The notes beneath the pieces were generated by a model. The model was not told the origin of the DNA, searched no databases, and was given only the letters and a program-made list of their open reading frames with translations. This document shows positions 1 through 12,180 of a stretch of DNA of 64,000 bases, one piece after another. The DNA is from Prorocentrum cordatum. Its lineage: Eukaryota. The stretch covers positions 124,001-188,000 of the forward strand of contig CAUYUJ010000159.1 of the NCBI GenBank assembly GCA_963575745.1, in the 5' to 3' direction. Made by a program: the position numbers and the translations under genes. Numbering within the stretch: the first letter of the stretch is position 1; each line of letters starts with the position of its first letter.

Positions 1-937
1 GCCGCCGCGAAGCAGGAGGAGACCGCGAAGTAGTCCAGCACGCGCTCGGCGGGTCGGCAAGTGCCGCTCGCAGGAGCGACGGTGTAGCCGCCCAGCTGCG
101 CGAGCCATGGGGCCTGGGCAAGGTCGGCGGGCTCCATGTTGAAGTCTCCGCAAATGATGAACGGCGGGCCGACCACCAGGACCGCTCTCCGCACGGCCTC
201 CAGTATAGCCATGTTGGCGGCCGACAGCCCCTCGCCCGTATGCAGGTGTTGACCCACGAGATCCCGCCTCGCATGAAGCCGCCGTGGCGCAGGATGGCGG
301 CGCGGCCAGGGACGAGGAATGGGGGCGGCCCCATGCCGCCTGGGGGCCAGGCAGTGCAGGCCGCCGTGGCCAGGCTTGCCGCCCTCCGCGTCGGTGGCGG
401 CGCACGCGAGGGCATGCCAGCCCAGGCGGTCGAAGGCCGCGCTAGCCTCGGCTGCGCGCGGCGCGGAGAGGTGCGTCTCCTGGACGGCGACGAAGTCACA
501 GCTGACGAGCTCGTCCGTGCCCACGAAGCCCATGAATGTGGAGTGGGCGTTCGGGTTGATGGTGAGCCCGCGCCAAAGCGCGCATGCAGCTGCACCAGCA
601 GCCCTGCAACTACCCCTTGGGGGTCCATCGACCCGCAGCTTCTTGTCGACGTGCTCGCGGGGGCAGCTGAGGGCGGTGGCCAGGCGCTTGGGCTCAGTGT
701 CGCCAGCGCACACCATATACAGGCCACCAGGATCCGACTCGCAAAGGCTGCAGGGTGACCATGCTGTCGGGCGGGGGCGGCGCCTCGACGGTGACGCCCA
801 TGGGGCCAGCACCTGCGGGGCCGCCTGCCCCGCATGCTGGGGCCGCTGGAGCTGCCGCCGCCGCTGCAGCTGCAGGCGGAGGCGGCGGCGCCGCCGCCTT
901 TGACCAGTTCGATAACCTCTGCGAGCAGGTCCTGCGG

Positions 938-1588
938 CTACTTCTCGGCAACGTCGACGGCCGAGAGCTTATCCAGGAGGCTGGCGGCGGGCACGACCTC
1001 TGGCACGACGAAGACCTTGGCCGCGGCAGCCCTGGCCTCCTCGCGCTCTGCCTCGATGGCCTTGCACTTGCGCTGCGCCTCCTCGAGCGCCAGCATCGCC
1101 TTGACCGCGGCTGCCGCCAGGCGCTGCACGGTCTTGGCGGCCTCGAACGCCCGCTGGTCGACGCGCTTGAAGTTCTGAGTGGCCTCGTGCGCTGCGAAGG
1201 CCCCGCAGGCGCCAGGCCCGCCTGCGGCGACGGCGCGGCGCGCGTCGACCTTGGCGACCGTGGCCTTCGCGAGCACCTTGCGGTACTCTGCCCAGGCCTC
1301 GTCGCTGAGCGCCGCAGCCTGCTCGATGGCCTTCTCGTCCAGCTTGGGCCAGAAGGTGGCCTCCTGGGTGGGCTGCTGGCCGTTGGCGCCCTTGGGCCCC
1401 GTGCGCAGCCAAGGCGGGGCGCCGCCGCCGCCTTGCCCGCGCCCACTGACACCTGGGCCCTTGCGGTCACGCCCGCCGCCGCCACTCTGGCCCTGCCAGC
1501 GCCGCTGCTTGCTGCGCCGACAGAAGGCACACGCCTGCAGTTTGAAGGGGTTGTAGCCGCCGCACCCGCACAGCCAGTAGGAAGACAT
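938..1588 (-). CDS. LINE ORF1-like protein: N-terminal RanBP2-like zinc finger plus alanine-rich coiled coil
   Basis: MSSYWLCGCGGYNPFKLQACAFC (W-x-C-x-C...N...C-x2-C), followed by a helical A/E/K-rich stretch. It lies between the SL and the endonuclease. Confidence 0.65.
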   Translation of the reverse strand: MSSYWLCGCGGYNPFKLQACAFCRRSKQRRWQGQSGGGGRDRKGPGVSGRGQGGGGAPPWLRTGPKGANGQQPTQEATFWPKLDEKAIEQAAALSDEAWAEYRKVLAKATVAKVDARRAVAAGGPGACGAFAAHEATQNFKRVDQRAFEAAKTVQRLAAAAVKAMLALEEAQRKCKAIEAEREEARAAAAKVFVVPEVVPAASLLDKLSAVDVAEK

Positions 1589-1731
1589 CGCTGGCCAAAT
1601 ATCTCCAACTGCTGGGGGCGAGAGAGCAGCGACTTCTGCTCGGCAGCGCGCAGCTCGACCGAGGATGGAAAGCCAACAGGGTACGTCCGCGGACTAGCGG
1701 TGTCCACGCCGCCTCTCGGGAGACGTGGCAT

Positions 1732-1753
1732 CTTGAGCCAAAATGGCTACGGA
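1732..1753 (-). other. Dinoflagellate spliced leader (DinoSL), perfect 22-nt genomic copy
   Basis: Plus strand cttgagccaaaatggctacgga is the reverse complement of TCCGTAGCCATTTTGGCTCAAG (22/22). Confidence 0.97.
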
Positions 1754-2470
1754 CACCGCAACAGCCGTGTGCAACGCAGCGCCTGTGTACACCACAGTGT
1801 TTGCGTGCACCACAACGCCGGTGTACACCACAGCGAATGTGTACACCGCAACAGCCATGTGCAACACAGCGCCTGTCCACACCACGATGCTTACGTGCAC
1901 CGCAGCGCCTGTGCACACCACAGCGCCTGTCTACTCCACAGCATCCGCGTGCAACGCAGCGTTCGTGCACACCTGCGTGCGCATGACAGGTAGAAGAAAC
2001 ATGTCGGTGAGGATCTGCTGCGGACAACTAAACGCTACGCCAGGGAAGTTCTGATAATAGAATGCGACGTTTTTCCCTCCTCCCTCCTCCGCCCCCGCCT
2101 CCTCCTCGTCCTCCTCCTCCTCGTCCTCCTCCTCCTCCTCGTGTTCCTCCTCCTCCCTCACCCTTCCCCCCTGTCGTGCGGGTCGGCACTACAGCGCACG
2201 TTCGCGTCTCATCGTGCACCGCAGAATGGTCTATTCACTGGCGCCGTGCTGAGTGCACGCAGGCATTGTGGTGTACACTGGTGCTGTGTTGCACACGGCG
2301 GATGTGGTGTACGCAGGCGCTGTGGTGTACACGAGCGTTTGGTGCCAGCAGGCACTGGCACACACTGGCGTTGTGATGCACGCGGCTGCTGTGGTGTACG
2401 CAGGCGCTGTGGTGTACACAAGCGCTGTGGTGCACGCAGGCACAATGGTGTACACAAGAGTTGTGGCGCA
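1754..2470. repeat. Two oppositely oriented arrays of an ~18-bp minisatellite (GTGTACACCACAGCGCCT) around a spacer
   Basis: Forward units at ~1754-1980; reverse-complement units (aggcgctgtggtgtacac) at ~2245-2470. Confidence 0.8.
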
Positions 2471-3649
2471 GATCGCCACCGACCTGCTGCTGCTACCCGT
2501 AGGCATTCCCAGACGACGCGTGCGCGACACGTTACGTCATCGGCCCCCTCCAACCCCCCAGATGATTGTCGTCATCGGCGCGGAGTAAAAAACCAAAAAA
2601 GAGCTCCAGCTGCGTCCGCGCGCATGACGATGAACGACGAACGAAGAGCGAAGAACGACAACGACGACGACGACTGCGGACCTGACTCCTACGCGGATTC
2701 ATATGCGGACACCTATGCGGATCACGTTGCGCACGGCGGCAATGCCCGGAACGCACTGGGGGGAAGCGTTGCGTCATAGGGGGGGCCGGGGGCCATGACG
2801 CCCGCCATGCCCCAAGCAATAAAGAAACGGGCTCCAGGTTCAGACGACGTCTTCAACGTAGAAATCAGATTCGGGAGCTTTCAATGGGGAAACTTCCAAA
2901 CATAACTCACCAAGACAACCATTCAAACCAGAATATGCAATCATGAGCGAAAACACATCCTAGACAAAAAAAACGCATTTCTCCTCCACCGAAGTCCCCC
3001 CCGGCGGCCCGGGGCCTCTGCCGCGCCGCACCGCCTGCACATGTCCCGCCGCTGCCGCGCGCAGTGCCAGCGCTCGCCCCCAAGCCGGCGGCGGCACCTG
3101 CAGGTAAGGGGGCGCGTGCAGCCATCGGGCTAATTTTTCGAGACCGCATAATCCTTCTCCTCCCTCCCTCCTCTACCCCCTCCTCCTCCTCCTCCTCCTC
3201 CTCCTCTTCCTCCTCCTCCCCCTCCTCCGCATGACACTCGTGCGTACACACGGACGTTTGCCACATGCACGCACGAGCTCGTAGGAAACCAGCGGGTCCG
3301 AGAGGCGACGCCAGGACGGCCACTGGCGGGGCCACCCCTGGTGTAGAGAACGCCAGGACGATGGCCCACGTCCTCACCCCAGGTATACGCCACAAGACAC
3401 CTTCAGGCAAAACAACTCAAACTACATACAGGAGGAAAAAATAGTCAGACGAGCCTGCAAGCAAGGCAACAACATCCGCCTCCTCACCAGCGTAGGCACG
3501 AGCGGGCGCCTCCGCCTCGCTTTCTCGCGGTGCACGAAATTGTCGCCCCGAAGGGAGGGGGGAGGAGAAGGGGCTGTCGGCCTCGCCTCCGCCGCTGGGT
3601 TGGGAGGGGCCGCGCGATGAAAGTTCCCGACCCCCCCACCGTCGCCGCC

Positions 3650-5215
3650 CGAGTGCCTCCGCCACTGGGTAGCGCCGTGGATGGCGCACCACGGTCTGGA
3701 AAGACGCGTGCCCTTGGGCCGGGGCAGGGTGCCTCGGCGGAAGCATCGCACCTGTGCCATCTTGATTATGCTGCAGGGCCTCAGGAGATGCCTGGGTGTC
3801 GATGAGCAGCATGAGCCACACCAAGAACACTGGATCACTGGAGTGCCAGAAGACGCTGTCCTGGAGGCCCACAATTCATGACCAGGCGAAGGCAAGCCAC
3901 CACCTCGGACCACCCGAAAAACGGGGGACAAGCAGCACGCTTGGACATCCTAGACGGGGGATACCTAAAACAATTGGCGCACCTATGGCACTGCCAGAGA
4001 CGGCCGTTTCACAATGCGTCGTGCTGTCTATGTTCACGGGGGCGTGGTCTTAAACTTCAGGGTTTTGCGGAGCTCGCGAGCTGGGGGCCAGCGCTCGAGA
4101 ATCTCAACCGCAGCCTTAGTTAGAAACGGCAAACCATCCGCCCACGGAAACTGCACGCGTCTCGGCAACCTGGGGGCAGGCAAACTCACGCGAGTCCTCG
4201 CGACGCATGATATCTGGCCAGGCATCCCCAATGACCCTCAACCAACTGCTCGACCCACTCGCGGCCCCCGCGAAGTAGGGGCTGCTAGGCCTTCACCTGG
4301 TGGATGGTAACCTGCTTGTCAAGTGTCTGAATAGCTCGCCAATGCCCCGCTTGCTGCGATGCCCCGCCCCGTCCAGGGCGCAAAATGACACAGCGCGCCC
4401 CGCCAGGGGCGCTTGGCAATCTACGGAGACGTCGGCTTCCTCGTCGAAGCGGCGCCGAGGGCCATGCCAAAGGCGCCCTAGTCCCTGAATGAGCCCGCGA
4501 TGTCCAGCCCGCGCGGCACCCCGGAGAAACAGCGAGGGCAGTGGGCCCCGAGCAACGCGTTTGAGGTCACCCCCCGCAGCGAGTCCCACGGCCGCACAGC
4601 CCGTTCGGGCCAGGCGGGGCCCGGCAAGCCCCAGGCAACTTCCATCGATGAATACCTGCGCGGGCACTCGAAATCAAACTCGTTAATGTTACCGACCCTG
4701 TGGCAGCACTGCGCAACATCTTCGCCGGGTGGCAGCTTGCTAGCAGCAGTGCCCAAGCGGTCCTTACCGGCAGTTTCTGCCGGTATCCAAGATATCCCTA
4801 TCGACGCAGCTCCTGGCTGGATTCCCGCGCGGGTAGTGCCATGGCCGATGGTAAATAATATCGATTTGCCCACAATGCTGGCACGGTGGCTCCACCATGT
4901 AGCCTCGTTGCCACAAGAGATGGCTCGTCGGCGCAGCGCCATATGCCAAAGTCTTAAATCCCCCCCTAGCCCCCGAACTCCACCTGGCACTGTTCGAGAC
5001 CTTGCTGACATGAAAGCCCCACAGGCCACGCCCCTGAATATCTCTAGCCCTGGGGCGGACATCTCCGCCGGGGCCCTCGGAGTACTTTTTGTTTATGCAA
5101 ACGGCGCGTTCTGGAACTGGTCGTTCAGATCTGAAGTGAACATATCAGCGATGAGAGCTGGCGACAACTCCGCGACGTTGAGCTCGAGCTCTTGGCCGGT
5201 AATCAGCGCGACAAG
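3650..5215 (-). pseudogene. 3' half of a decayed LINE ORF2 (post-RT region, Cys/His zinc motif, RNase H, C-terminal CxxC); interrupted by the DNA transposon at 5216
   Basis: PPCQHCGQIDIIYHRPWH (~4830-4900); RNase H VFIDGS (~4640-4660) and VIGDAWPD (~4210-4235); IQCSWCG...LLRPC (~3770-3840). Multiple frameshifts. Confidence 0.75.
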
Positions 5216-5247
5216 CCCAGAGGTCTGAAAGGACTGTTTTTTAGTCC
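5216..5247 (+). repeat. Left terminal inverted repeat CCCAGAGGTCTGAAAGGACTGTTTTTTAGTCC
   Basis: 31/32 identical to the reverse complement of 20766-20797. Subterminal GGACT/AGTCCGG repeats follow to ~5320. Confidence 0.92.
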
Positions 5248-5524
5248 GGGTTTTATCTGGGATGTCGGGACTATTTTCTTAGTCCGGACAAAATGTTGTT
5301 TTTTTGTTTTTAGTCCGGACACACGTGCGATAGGGTGCACGTTGTCCGAAATGGAAATATTATACACAACAAGCGTTCACGTTTATGAACCGTTGGTTTC
5401 GTTGCGCGGCATCTCGTCTTTCCATGTTGTTGCACCAGTTGTGTCCGTTATGTTTGCAAAGGCCTCCTTCCAAGGGCATTTGCCTCTCGGGCATGGCACT
5501 GGTCCGTTGTTGTCTCGGGTCTTG

Positions 5525-5860
5525 GAGGGAGGAGGGAGGGGGAAGGGAGGAGGGAGGGAGGGAAGGAAGGAGGGAGGAGAGAGGGAGGAAGAGGGAGGGA
5601 GGGAGGGAGGGAGGGAGGGAGGGAGGGAGGGAGGGAGGGAGGGAGGGAGGGAGGAGGGAGGAGGAGGAGGAGGAGGAGGAGGAGGGAGGAGGAGGAGGAG
5701 GAGGAGGAGAGGGGGAGGAGGAGGAGGAGGAGGAGGAGGAGGAGGAGGAGGAGGGGGAGGAGGAGGAGGAGGAGGAGGAGGAGGAGGAGGAGGAGGAGGA
5801 GGAGGAGGAGGAGGAGGAGGAGGGGAGGAGGAGGATGAGGAGGAGGAGGAGGAGGGAGGG
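5525..5860. repeat. (GGGA)n/(GGA)n purine microsatellite
   Basis: Direct inspection. Confidence 0.95.
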
Positions 5861-6768
5861 ACGCACGCGCGCGGCGGCGCGCGCTGGCGGGGAGGGCCTC
5901 CAGGTGGACGCCGCGGTGGGGGCGGCGGGGGTGGCGGGGGCGGCGCGCGGACGGCGCTCGCACGCGCACCCCGTTCCCCGCTCGCTCCTCTCGACCTCCG
6001 CCCCCACCCCAGAGCCCGCCGCAGACGCCGATTCGTGCCGAGCCAAGGGCAAGGGGAGAAGGCACCGCAAAGCAGAGGAGCAGAGGAGGGATGAGGTGAC
6101 CAGACCAGGGGAGGGAGGAAAGAGAAGGGGGAGGAGACGGCCCCAGGACCACTAAGGAGCTCGGGAGGAAAGAGAAGGAGGAGGGGACGACAGCAGACCG
6201 ACAGGACCGACCAGGAGAGGGAGCAAAGGGGCAACGCAGGACGCAAGGCGACAAGGCGAGCGGGGAGGAAGAAGTGGCTCACTGTGGCACGTTGTTGTTG
6301 TTGTTGGTGGTGGTGGTGGTGGTGCTGTGTTATGTTTATGCGATTACACGTTTAAGCATCAACCTAGGACATCGATGCGTTTTGTTTCGGCAATTGCTTG
6401 TTGTGTTTTCTGATGGGCCGTCCTGGGGGCCCGAAGCCTCGAGCGAATTCCGATTATCCTCACAACCAGGGGCGATCACGATTATGATGCCGATGATGGT
6501 CATGCCGTTCAGCCAATCATGCTCTCTAAATCGAGCTCCTCAACGTCACCGTCATCTGCGGCTTCCGCCTCGCGGTCTAGAATGCACACAGGAGGTCCCG
6601 ACGTGTGTGAAACATACCAGTCCCAATACTTCAGACCACGATTCAGAGCTGCGAAACAAGCCTCGCGAACGGGGTGGCGAGTCGGCGGGCAGGTCACGCG
6701 CTCGGTCGTACGTAACTGTGTGTCCAGGGCCAGGTTCCAGGAGAGGCTGCCATTCCTCCTGGGGCTGC

Positions 6769-6810
<42 letters not shown>

Positions 6811-8266
6811 AACCGCCTTCAAGAAGTGAAACACCAGAAATTTGTCGATCCCCTTCTGCGCAAATCTCCGACACGTGTTGGCCATGTTTCTGAGGCCGAA
6901 CGCGACGAGGTTCGCGTCCGAGGGGGGGGGGGCGTGGAGGATGGGGGGACGGATAGGAGGAAGGACGAGGATAACGAGGAGAGGCGACGATCGAGATGGA
7001 GGAGTGGAGGAAGTAGAGCTAGAGAAAGAGATATGCGGGAGGGAGAGGGAGAGGGATAGCGAGGGACGTGGAGGACGGAGGATTGTGGGGGGAGAGTAGG
7101 ATGAAGAAGAGGAGCATGAGACGGAGGAGGATGATGAGGAGGAGGAAGAACAATATCCTCGTGAAGAGAAGGATCAACATGCTGAAGTGGAGGTGCGGTG
7201 ATCATCGAGGATGAGGGGGGCGAGGAGGAACGAGGAGTATGGAGGTGGATGGATGGGGAGGAGGACGACGAGGAGGAAGAGAAGGAGGAGGAGGAGGAGG
7301 AGGAGGAGGAGGAGGAGGCGGAGGAGGAGGAGGAGGAGGAGGAGTATGAGTAGGAGTAGGAGGAGGAGGAGGAGGATGAGGAGGAGGAGGGGGAGGAGGA
7401 GGAGGAGGAGGAGGAGGGGAGGAGGCAAGAGGAGGATTGTGACCGCCTTGTAGGCTGCATCCCAGGCGATTCGATGCATCCCAGGCCTGACGCCTCGCGA
7501 GCCATGACGCCCGAGGCGATCGCCTCGGGCGTCATGGCCGCTCTCCCCCAACGACCGATGTCGCCCGCATCGAGCCATGTATCGCGTCGGAATCGTCATC
7601 GCCATTACCGGACTGCGCCGACGTGCGGCTCACCGTTGCTCACCGAAAACGGTGAGCATCGGTGAGCCTCATCCTTCTCCCGATCCTCATCCTCGCCCTC
7701 ATCCTCCCCCCCCTCCTCCTCACTCGCACTATCATGTCATGAGACGCACATCCCGCCCGCCTCCCGTCCGCTAGGTGTCACTGCGCCCTGACAGATCCTG
7801 GATGCACCGTCGAGGTGCTCGAACCTGCACCGATTGAAACACGGCTGGCTGGCAAACGCGCCAGGGAGGGCGGTTATGCACGCGCTCGCGTCTGATGCGA
7901 GCGTGGGCGCCATCGAGCTGATCACGCGCGCCCACTTGAGCACCGTGCGCAACCTCCCTCCCAGACGCGGTTGCCCGCCAGCATTACCGATCGCATCTGC
8001 CCCGCTGCAGGTCGCACCCGCATGCGGTGGCGATGCTAACAGCAGCGGCCAACGGGAACGCGGTGCACTGGACGCAGGAGATGGCAGCAAAACAAAAACA
8101 TGGCAGGACTCGCTGCCCGTCCTCCAAAGCGCATGTTTCCACACGCGCGGCGGGGCCCACGACTGCTTCATATCCAGACGCTGTGTATTACAAGTGTGTA
8201 CTGTAACATTAATACTAATACTATATGCACTGCCGTCAACTGACGGCGCGCGCAACTTGCAGTCGC

Positions 8267-9618
8267 TCACGATGGACGGACAGCGGTCGCTACACGCGCA
8301 TCGGCAGACAGGAGGCGCTGAATCAGCTCCGCAAGCTTCAAACTAAACTCTGTAGGATATATATCGCCCAGTCTGAGACTATCACGGCCGCCGCTGCTCC
8401 CATGATCAGACTCATCATCGTCTACTGAAGGTCGGGATCGAAGGGGTCCGACTCTAGCCACCGCTTGTTCCTTAGCTTTGTACAACTCTAAAACCATACC
8501 CTCTGGCATCGTGGAGTATATCACCGTTGGCCTGAACGTCTCTGCACCCCAACCGCCCATCCACAGAAGCATGCGCACGGCGCGCACCTGCTCGAGAACG
8601 ATCTTGACAGAGTCGGCCTCGAAGAACGCACTGCGCAACGGCTGCTCAATCGTGACCACCACGCCCCTCACGTGCGCGAGAAACGCCAAGTACGACCTGG
8701 GATCTGCAAACGGAACCAGACACACCATCATCACCACGTTGACCTGCTACTCACCGAATGTGCACTGCCCGGAGCGCCATTCAGCGAGAGGCGTCAGCCG
8801 CTCACCGAAGTTCACCGCTGGCGGTGAGCTTCGGTGAGCCTCCGACTGGGCTCATGTACACAACTCACACTGGCCCGTGGTCCGACATGGTTTTTGATTT
8901 CTACTCGGGGATTGTTTCAAATTCTAGTTGGTAAAAACAAAAACACATGGCTGCTGGTAGCTACACATAAACTCAGGTGCTTTCCGAACCCCAGCTTACA
9001 CTACATGTGTCGCGTGAGTGGCCTCGACCGCCTGCGCCCTCGGTGCACCGCGCGGCGTGGTAGACGGTGAAAAAAGCACCGATCCGCTTGAGGCCACCGT
9101 GGCCACAAGGTAGAGGCAGTACAGCAGGCCAACCTGAACTGCGCCAAACTGGCACACCGCCCCCCCCCACGAAATCAATCCGTTGTCGAATCAAGTGTTT
9201 TATATTGGTCCGAGGCCCTCGACTGGGAATCCCACAGGGTTTTGCAACATCCAAATCCGAGGGTCCTGGAACGTTGAGGGGGTGCCACAGCTGTTCTACC
9301 CTCGAGAACCGCACAGCAGATGTCCTCATTCTCGGCACCATCCATGCGATCAAACGTAAATGCTCTGGCGCGCGCTCCCGAGATCATGCTTGCGGTGAAC
9401 CCCATGCCAGAGAAAACCTCCACGAACGCAGTGTCCCGTTCGATCTCAGAGATGCTTTCCAGAAGCAGCCGAATCGCACCCGCGAGCAGCGCAGGGCCGT
9501 CCCCTGCCAGCATATTTTCACCGATACCTCTCTCACGAAGAACTTGGGCCTTATCACGAGCCCATTGTGCTCCAGCTGCATGGTGGGGCATCGCCCCCTC
9601 CGCTGGCGAAAACATCAT
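8267..9618 (-). CDS. C5-cytosine DNA methyltransferase-like gene, multi-exon (exons ~9618-9310, 9133-~9066, 8696-8267); catalytic motif IV exon not resolved
   Basis: Motif I-like FVEVFSGMG; FTFDR..EDIC; GLLYCLYLV...VLFSP; motif VI-like VTIEQP..S; motif VIII-like WMGGWGAETFRPT; terminal YPTEF. GT-AG intron 9134-9309 joins in frame (EDICCA|VGLLY). Confidence 0.65.
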
Positions 9619-9638
9619 GGCGAAAAACAAGGCGCCCG

Positions 9639-12180
9639 CTAGCCGCGCCCTGCCGTGAGCACCAAGCATTCTCCGATTGGGAAGAACGGGCATACGGAAA
9701 GTAGAGCCTGAAGGTGAAACAGCCCGAAGACTCGAACCTCAAATGTCAGCCTGTGTGCGTACTTTGCGACGTCACGGAGCGAAGCGTTGAGGGTCTCGTC
9801 GATAAAGCAGTTGTACTGTTTGGGGCTCCCATGGACGTCCACCCTGGCCCGACCACCAGAAACATTGGGTGGGAGCTGAACGTGCCCAGATGATGATGCA
9901 AACGATGATGAGGATTAGGTTGACGATGATACTGATGATGAGGATGAGGAGGGGGATTATGTCCGAGGAGGAGATAGGGAATTATACTTACGTCGACATT
10001 CCCCCTCTTCACCACCCCCTATGCAGGTCGACGAAGACGACGACGACGACGACCTAGGGGGGGCCCAAGGTCGTCGTCGTTGTCGTCATCGTGTGGGGGT
10101 GTGGGTTTCAGATCCCGCCTGAGAAGCATATGCCCAGTTAGGTGATGCTTCGGGACGAAGCCAATCCCCACCAAACTGCAGCATCGCAGGTGGGTAGCAT
10201 ACGCCGATAACATTGCAAGCCTAGACTGAGCAGGAACAACGCAATGGTGTTGACGCATCCGGTGCAAAACCTGCTGTAGCGATTGTCCCGCATGCACCAA
10301 CCCAGGCCCAAAAAAAGCTGACCCACCATGCATATCCAATGTGTGCAGGGCGAACGGAAGCATATACCCGACCTCGGCGGCTTTCAGTGACATTGAACTG
10401 CCAGGGTGGTGTGGCTTCTGCGAGCCGCTTTTGATACGATCATTATGTGGGCCGTTTGCAACGCAACGATAAGCCGCCACCCGAGGCCAAATCACGCCTG
10501 CCCCTCCACCTGTCCTCCCACCCTTAATGAAACCACACGTCTTCGATCATCGAATCCGAAGAACACAACAGAAAAAAATGGGTCCTGCAATGTGTACCCC
10601 TTGCGCTGGCCGAACATCTTGGCCGTGAGGGCCCCAAGCCGTACTTCAGGGGGCACGTCAGTAGCTTGCTGCCAAAACAACAGATCACCTTGGAGCCTCC
10701 GAGAGCCCAGTTCGATAACCTGATCGAGATTTCCACCGAATTGCCAAGGATTTTTCAACACTGTCCGCCACATGCACGCACTGACATACCTCATGATCGG
10801 CCCGAAATAGAAACAGCGAAGGGAATCGATCGCGAGACTCCGGACTGGTGAGCACGACAACTCGGCCGTAAACAATGGACATCGGTGCACTACAGGATCC
10901 ATTACCTTCTTATCGTGGGACAATCGGGGCCTCCATAATGTCACCCAAACTGGTAGTTCTGTGGTTTCAAGCTGAAACGTGTCAACGAGGTACTCCGAAG
11001 GTTCCAGGCGGTCCCCCTCCCGAATCTCCACGCCGTTGACAACGGCCGACCCTATCGCCAGTCTGCCCCGAACCCCCTTGCCTCCTTTCACAAACGCTAG
11101 TACACGCAGCAGCTCGGTGCGGTGAGCCTGGCGTTCTAGCAGCACCTCCACCTCGCACCTAGCACAAGCCTCATGATATTCGTTTTCGATCCTCATTGGC
11201 CACTGCACGTCTGGGCCAAACTCGTCGTAATGAGAGTGTAAGTCGGCACCGCACATCGAACACATCATGCATGGATTGAACACCGCGTTCCACGCCTGAA
11301 GACCTAATGACTTGCTGTGCTCCCCCCAGTCCCCCTTGACCCATATAAGTGCGGCGGTGTACCTAAACTCTTTTGGCTCTGATAGCCAGTGGCCTTCTTC
11401 CCATGCCTTATTATCATGGCGAAACAAGGGTCGGCATCCACGCTGCATCGCCAGGAACTGCCACTTGGCATTAAGAAGGTGGGGGTAGATCGTGCGCCAC
11501 CCCTTGCAGCCACACTGGCACGAGTCGGACGACCTAGTTACCGATAGAAGGTGGCGTTTGCCACTGCAGAGGTTCACTACCCACATACCTAGCGTACTGT
11601 CGCTGCGGCCCGCAGCCGACGACATGTATGATACGCCGTCGAGGTAGAAGGCCAGGGGCACTGGCAATTGTTTACCAGCCGATATCGCACTGATAACTGC
11701 AGGATGGTTGGAATAGCACGGCAGATCAAGAACGCACTCTTCCCTATCTTCAGGCTCAGTGAGCAGCATGTCCAGAGTAGTTTGATCGGTGCGCAGCTCC
11801 TCATCCAACGATTCAAAAACAGCTGCCACTGGGGTAATCCTGATGGTCCGCCTGGGACGTCTGTTGAGGTTTACTGGCGTGTCTATGTTGAACATGAACG
11901 GTGCGTGTGGCAACACGTTTGATAAATGATGCTGATATTTCCCCGTCTGCTGGTTAGGTCCTACAGCATATTGTTGGAAATCTGCCCCTGGGGTCCCCGC
12001 AGCATGAGCCCAATGACACATCAGACAGAATTCTTTTGCCGAGAGTTTGCAAGTGGCGTACATCCTTATCATGAGCGTCAGTAACTCAGACCCCGCGTCT
12101 CTGGCACTCTGCGGAGTAGACGTGAATGCGCGGCCGCGGCCGCGCCCACATCGCAGTCTGGGCCGCGCCGCCCGCTTCAT
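9639..12180 (-). CDS. CACTA/EnSpm-like DDE transposase, 3 exons (12180-10585, ~10417-10119, 9843-9639; ~699 aa)
   Basis: Motifs in order: LAFYLDG, VVNL, CQCGCKGW, VKGDW, PCMMC, IDSLR..FG (D-x-LH-like), LKAAE, PKHH..H, HGSP...CFIDETLN. Proposed exons sum to 2100 nt. The GC-AG intron 9844-10118 is phase-compatible; the exon 2 acceptor is less certain. Confidence 0.8.

Larger units (their letters stand above)
1..1753 (-). mobile_element. 5' part of a non-LTR retrotransposon (LINE): spliced leader, ORF1, apurinic-like endonuclease; runs off the window start
   Basis: Minus-strand translation of ~580-1 gives APE/EEP motifs TINPN, VAVQETH, ICGDFN and VLDYF, with frameshifts. An ORF1-like frame lies upstream at 938-1588, and a perfect DinoSL sits at the 5' end. 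Confidence 0.85.

Noticed and set aside
1732..1753. SL RNA gene
   Set aside because: The 22-mer is followed by ATGCC and LINE sequence rather than a GT/GC donor and SL intron, so it is a retro-integrated leader.
8745..8770. Possible catalytic exon of the MTase-like gene (CAG TGC, and TCA ACG TGG just downstream)
   Set aside because: No AG acceptor precedes the Gln-Cys codons, in-frame stops follow, and there is too little room for the expected intervening residues. Left unresolved.
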